A stretch of DNA of 64,000 nt from Orbicella franksi (taxonomy: Eukaryota): NCBI GenBank assembly GCA_964199315.1, contig OZ116706.1, positions 5,642,001-5,706,000 on the forward strand, read 5' to 3'. Each line of letters opens with the position of its first letter. Within the stretch, counting starts at the first letter, position 1. Below, in pieces: positions 61,801 to 64,000 of this stretch. The notes beneath the pieces are model-generated. The model had not been told where the DNA came from. It saw only the letters and a list, made by a program, of their open reading frames with translations, and did no database searches. Made by a program: the position numbers and the translations under genes.

Positions 61801-63810
61801 ATAACACTAATCTCGTTTTCTTCCTTTTTGGTGTTTTATCAGCAATTCAAGTGTCCTGTCGGTCAAACATGCAAGGTTCAGTACGTTCCATGCGTGATGC
61901 CCAAATGCAAAGACGCCATCGCCGTCAACAGACCAACATGTATTAAGGATCCATCAGGTACGTTTGACAAACTGACCTATCTTGGTCTCGCCTCTTTCCG
62001 ATCTACAGCGTGCAGTGTGGAGAAAACAAACTGTTTCTGTTGAGAATGGTGGGGTTGGTGAGAGACAAAATGGGGAATTTTCCGCCAACAACTTAAACGA
62101 GCTCAGTCACTGTATTTTGAGTTATTTTGGCCACATACAAAATTACCTTTAAATGGTAGGAAACCTGAAAATAACAGTTTAATAGGATAGAAAACACCAA
62201 AGAGATAATTATAAACCATAAAGGAACAAGGATGGCTAGGGATGGAGATGACTGACACAGATTACAAACGACGAATTTGAAAAATTGAGGCTAAACTTTT
62301 CAATATGCGCAAACCGTGACTGGGCTCCTTTAATAGAAAGATAATGTTTATTTACACACGAGCGTGTGAATAACCAGGAAAAAAAAAAATTTGATTCCCC
62401 AACGGGATTCAAACCCAGGAACTCTCTGACACCGAGCATGCGCTCTATCCCCTACGAAGAGACTCAGGGTGGGCAAGGGCATGTACCAGGCTCATATAGA
62501 CAAAAGTTTCACAAACTGCGAGAATCAGGAAAGTCGAGAGCGTACTGCGGGCTTCACATTAACCATATGTCTTTATGTACTGCCATATAGAACGCTCTTG
62601 ACATGATAAGCCCGCAGAACAGGTAGTTTGGTGAGGTAGAACGTGAGGCGCTAAGCGTTTGTGTCACGTTCCGCGCTCTGACCCGGTAGTAAGGAACATT
62701 GCGTTTGTTTTCCTATCTAACTAACGAGCTAACAATTTTCTATCTATTTTCAATTATCAACATCTTTTAAACGTTGCTCTCTTTGGTTCTATGTGATCCT
62801 GCTTCTTCTACAGCGGCCGCACCTCCTCCAGGTAAGGAAAATCAGATTTGGAGAATTAAAAGCTTTTGTCTCTAAAATAGAATTGAACGTATGGCATCGC
62901 GGGAGGGCTAGTAAGACGTCACAGCAACTTCCGTTGCCTTTACCGAGCCCAACCTAGCCTGTTCTATTCGTTTGGTTAGAAGTGGGAAGTCAATGCGAAG
63001 CACGAGTGGAAACTGAAAAGGCGAGGAAATTGGGGCGAGAAGGGGTCACTTTCTTCCCAGATTCCACTCGTTCTTGCACTCGCCTTGGTCCCCTTTCGTA
63101 CGCCCTCGCCAACCCAGAGCCTAGAACAGGCTGAGCCAACCCAAGCTACGGTGAACTGGTGTCAGCCGAGAGAAAACGCAACTGATGTCCTTTCTTAGTG
63201 CAACTACCTTTCATCGTCTGTTCGTCCATATATGTGTCCATTGTTCAAGAAGTAAAGGTTCCATTCCCCAATGTTGTATTGAAATTGGTCAAAAGAAACA
63301 GACTGTACTTTTTGTTTTCTCGCAGCAATGCCTCCGGCAGCACCAGCGATCCCGGCCCAAGGAGCCTATGGACCTCCTATGGCCCAGCAACCGCTGGCAT
63401 ACCAACCGCAGCCACAGGCACCTCAAGCGTCTTTCATGCAGCCACCAATGGCGCCCATGACAGCAGCCATGCCACCGGCCATGCCACCGGGAATGCCACC
63501 TATGGGTGCATTTCAAAACGACGAACTTGGTAATGAAGCCGGTTTATTACCCGGTTTAGGAGGAAATCAACCTGGTATGGAAACTGGTCTTAGCGATGCT
63601 TCCTTGATTAACGCCCTCCAAAATGAAAATCAGGGGCCGGGGCTTCAAAACGATAAACTACCACCAAGCGAACAGAGTAATTTTTTTCCACCGCCACTAG
63701 CATATGAACAGCAGCAACCCTTAGCAGATGCGCCGGCGAGCGAACCTCCAGCGGCTAATCCCGTGATCGCACCGCAACCTGGCTGGGAAAGAAGTTCAAG
63801 AGTTCACTAA
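58826..63810 (+). CDS. Secreted WAP-domain protein with a second Cys-rich module and Pro/Gln-rich tail (7 exons, 309 aa)
   Basis: Phase-consistent GT-AG exons: 58826-58880 (signal MRAFVVLLLAGYAMLCQS), 59556-59579 (GSIKRIKR), 60082-60291 (WAP: C-x30-C-x4-C-x5-C-x5-CC-x3-C-x4-C), 61117-61139 (MRDPDPCK), 61843-61957 (QFKCPVGQTCKVQYVPCVMPKCKDAIAVNRPTCIKDPS), 62814-62831 (AAAPPP), 63326-63810 (Pro/Ala/Gln/Met-rich, TAA). Total 930 nt. Confidence 0.85.
59690..59830 (-). mobile_element. Decayed SINE fragment (same family as 44041-44324)
   Basis: ttaatactcctggtgggggaaagacactgtaagaaaagagcgtcttgtccaag is a degenerate reverse complement of the central domain of the 44-kb SINE. Confidence 0.5.
60310..60480. 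mobile_element. TTCCGAGTT-type MITE
   Basis: ggccacttccgagtt ... aactcggaaatggcc inverted ends; inner aaaacgagtc / ttcgtttt. Confidence 0.6.
60569..60801 (-). mobile_element. Kolobok-like MITE, copy 2
   Basis: TTAA 60565-60568 and 60802-60805; reverse complement of 30928-31164. Confidence 0.85.
61210..61405. mobile_element. TTCCGAGTT-type MITE, second copy
   Basis: aataagcgatttccgagtt ... aacttggaaatggcttatt; inner aaaacgagtc / gactcgtttt. Confidence 0.6.
62097..62329 (-). mobile_element. Kolobok-like MITE, copy 3
   Basis: TTAA 62093-62096 and 62330-62333; colinear with copy 2. Confidence 0.85.
62345..62600 (-). mobile_element. Repeat with internal tRNA-like segment (SINE-like)
   Basis: Minus strand ggatagagcgcatgctcggtgtcagagagttcctgggtttgaatcccgttgggga followed by a T run; boundaries approximate. 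Confidence 0.6.
62955..63133. mobile_element. TAGCCTG-type MITE
   Basis: TIR tagcctgttcta / tagaacaggctg. Confidence 0.55.
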
Positions 63811-64000
63811 GTGCGTCATGTACGAGCACTTGACAATTGACTGTCGAAAGGGCCTCTGAATGGAACGCCCGTGTAAAACTGCGACACTACTCAGAGAGGA
63901 AATGTTTTGTACACACCATCTTCAGGTTCTTCTCCAGCAGTATGCATTCTCTAACAGTAATATAGACATTTAGAGCATAATAAACGAATGGCTAAAATAA

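Noticed and set aside
1-64000. Prokaryotic-type systems (CRISPR arrays, operons, defence islands) or autonomous transposase/RT ORFs
   Set aside because: No regularly spaced repeat-spacer array and no long intronless ORF other than Dachsous; all mobile DNA seen is short and non-autonomous or decayed.

Overview
Eukaryotic, intron-rich, repeat-dense animal DNA, most likely a stony coral or other anthozoan (inferred from the repeat families and gene content). I reconstructed four protein-coding genes by hand from GT-AG sites with consistent reading phase. (1) The 5' part of a CCDC138-like coiled-coil gene, minus strand, ~10.6 kb to beyond position 1. (2) A complete Dachsous protocadherin, minus strand, 22847-12237, with only two coding exons, 3338 aa, 27 cadherin repeats, a TM segment and the conserved Ds tail motifs. 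(3) A complete WDR17, minus strand, 54626-34267, 30 coding exons, 1288 aa. (4) An unnamed secreted 309-aa protein, plus strand, 58826-63810: signal peptide, KRIKR processing site on its own microexon, a WAP four-disulfide core with an unusually long loop, a second 6-Cys module and a Pro/Gln/Ala/Met-rich tail. Introns and intergenic DNA carry MITEs (Kolobok-, hAT-, Tc1/pogo- and Harbinger-like), tRNA-derived SINEs, an RTE LINE tail and three Penelope-type fragments with hammerhead-ribozyme cores, two of them as inverted pairs. The best leads are the modular WAP protein, the intronic hammerhead motifs, the tandem furin sites and intron read-through of Dachsous, and a sharply bounded CpG-depleted block inside the 7.9-kb Dachsous exon. 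Homology calls come from my recall of family motifs, not from a database search. No prokaryotic genes, CRISPR arrays or rRNA were seen.
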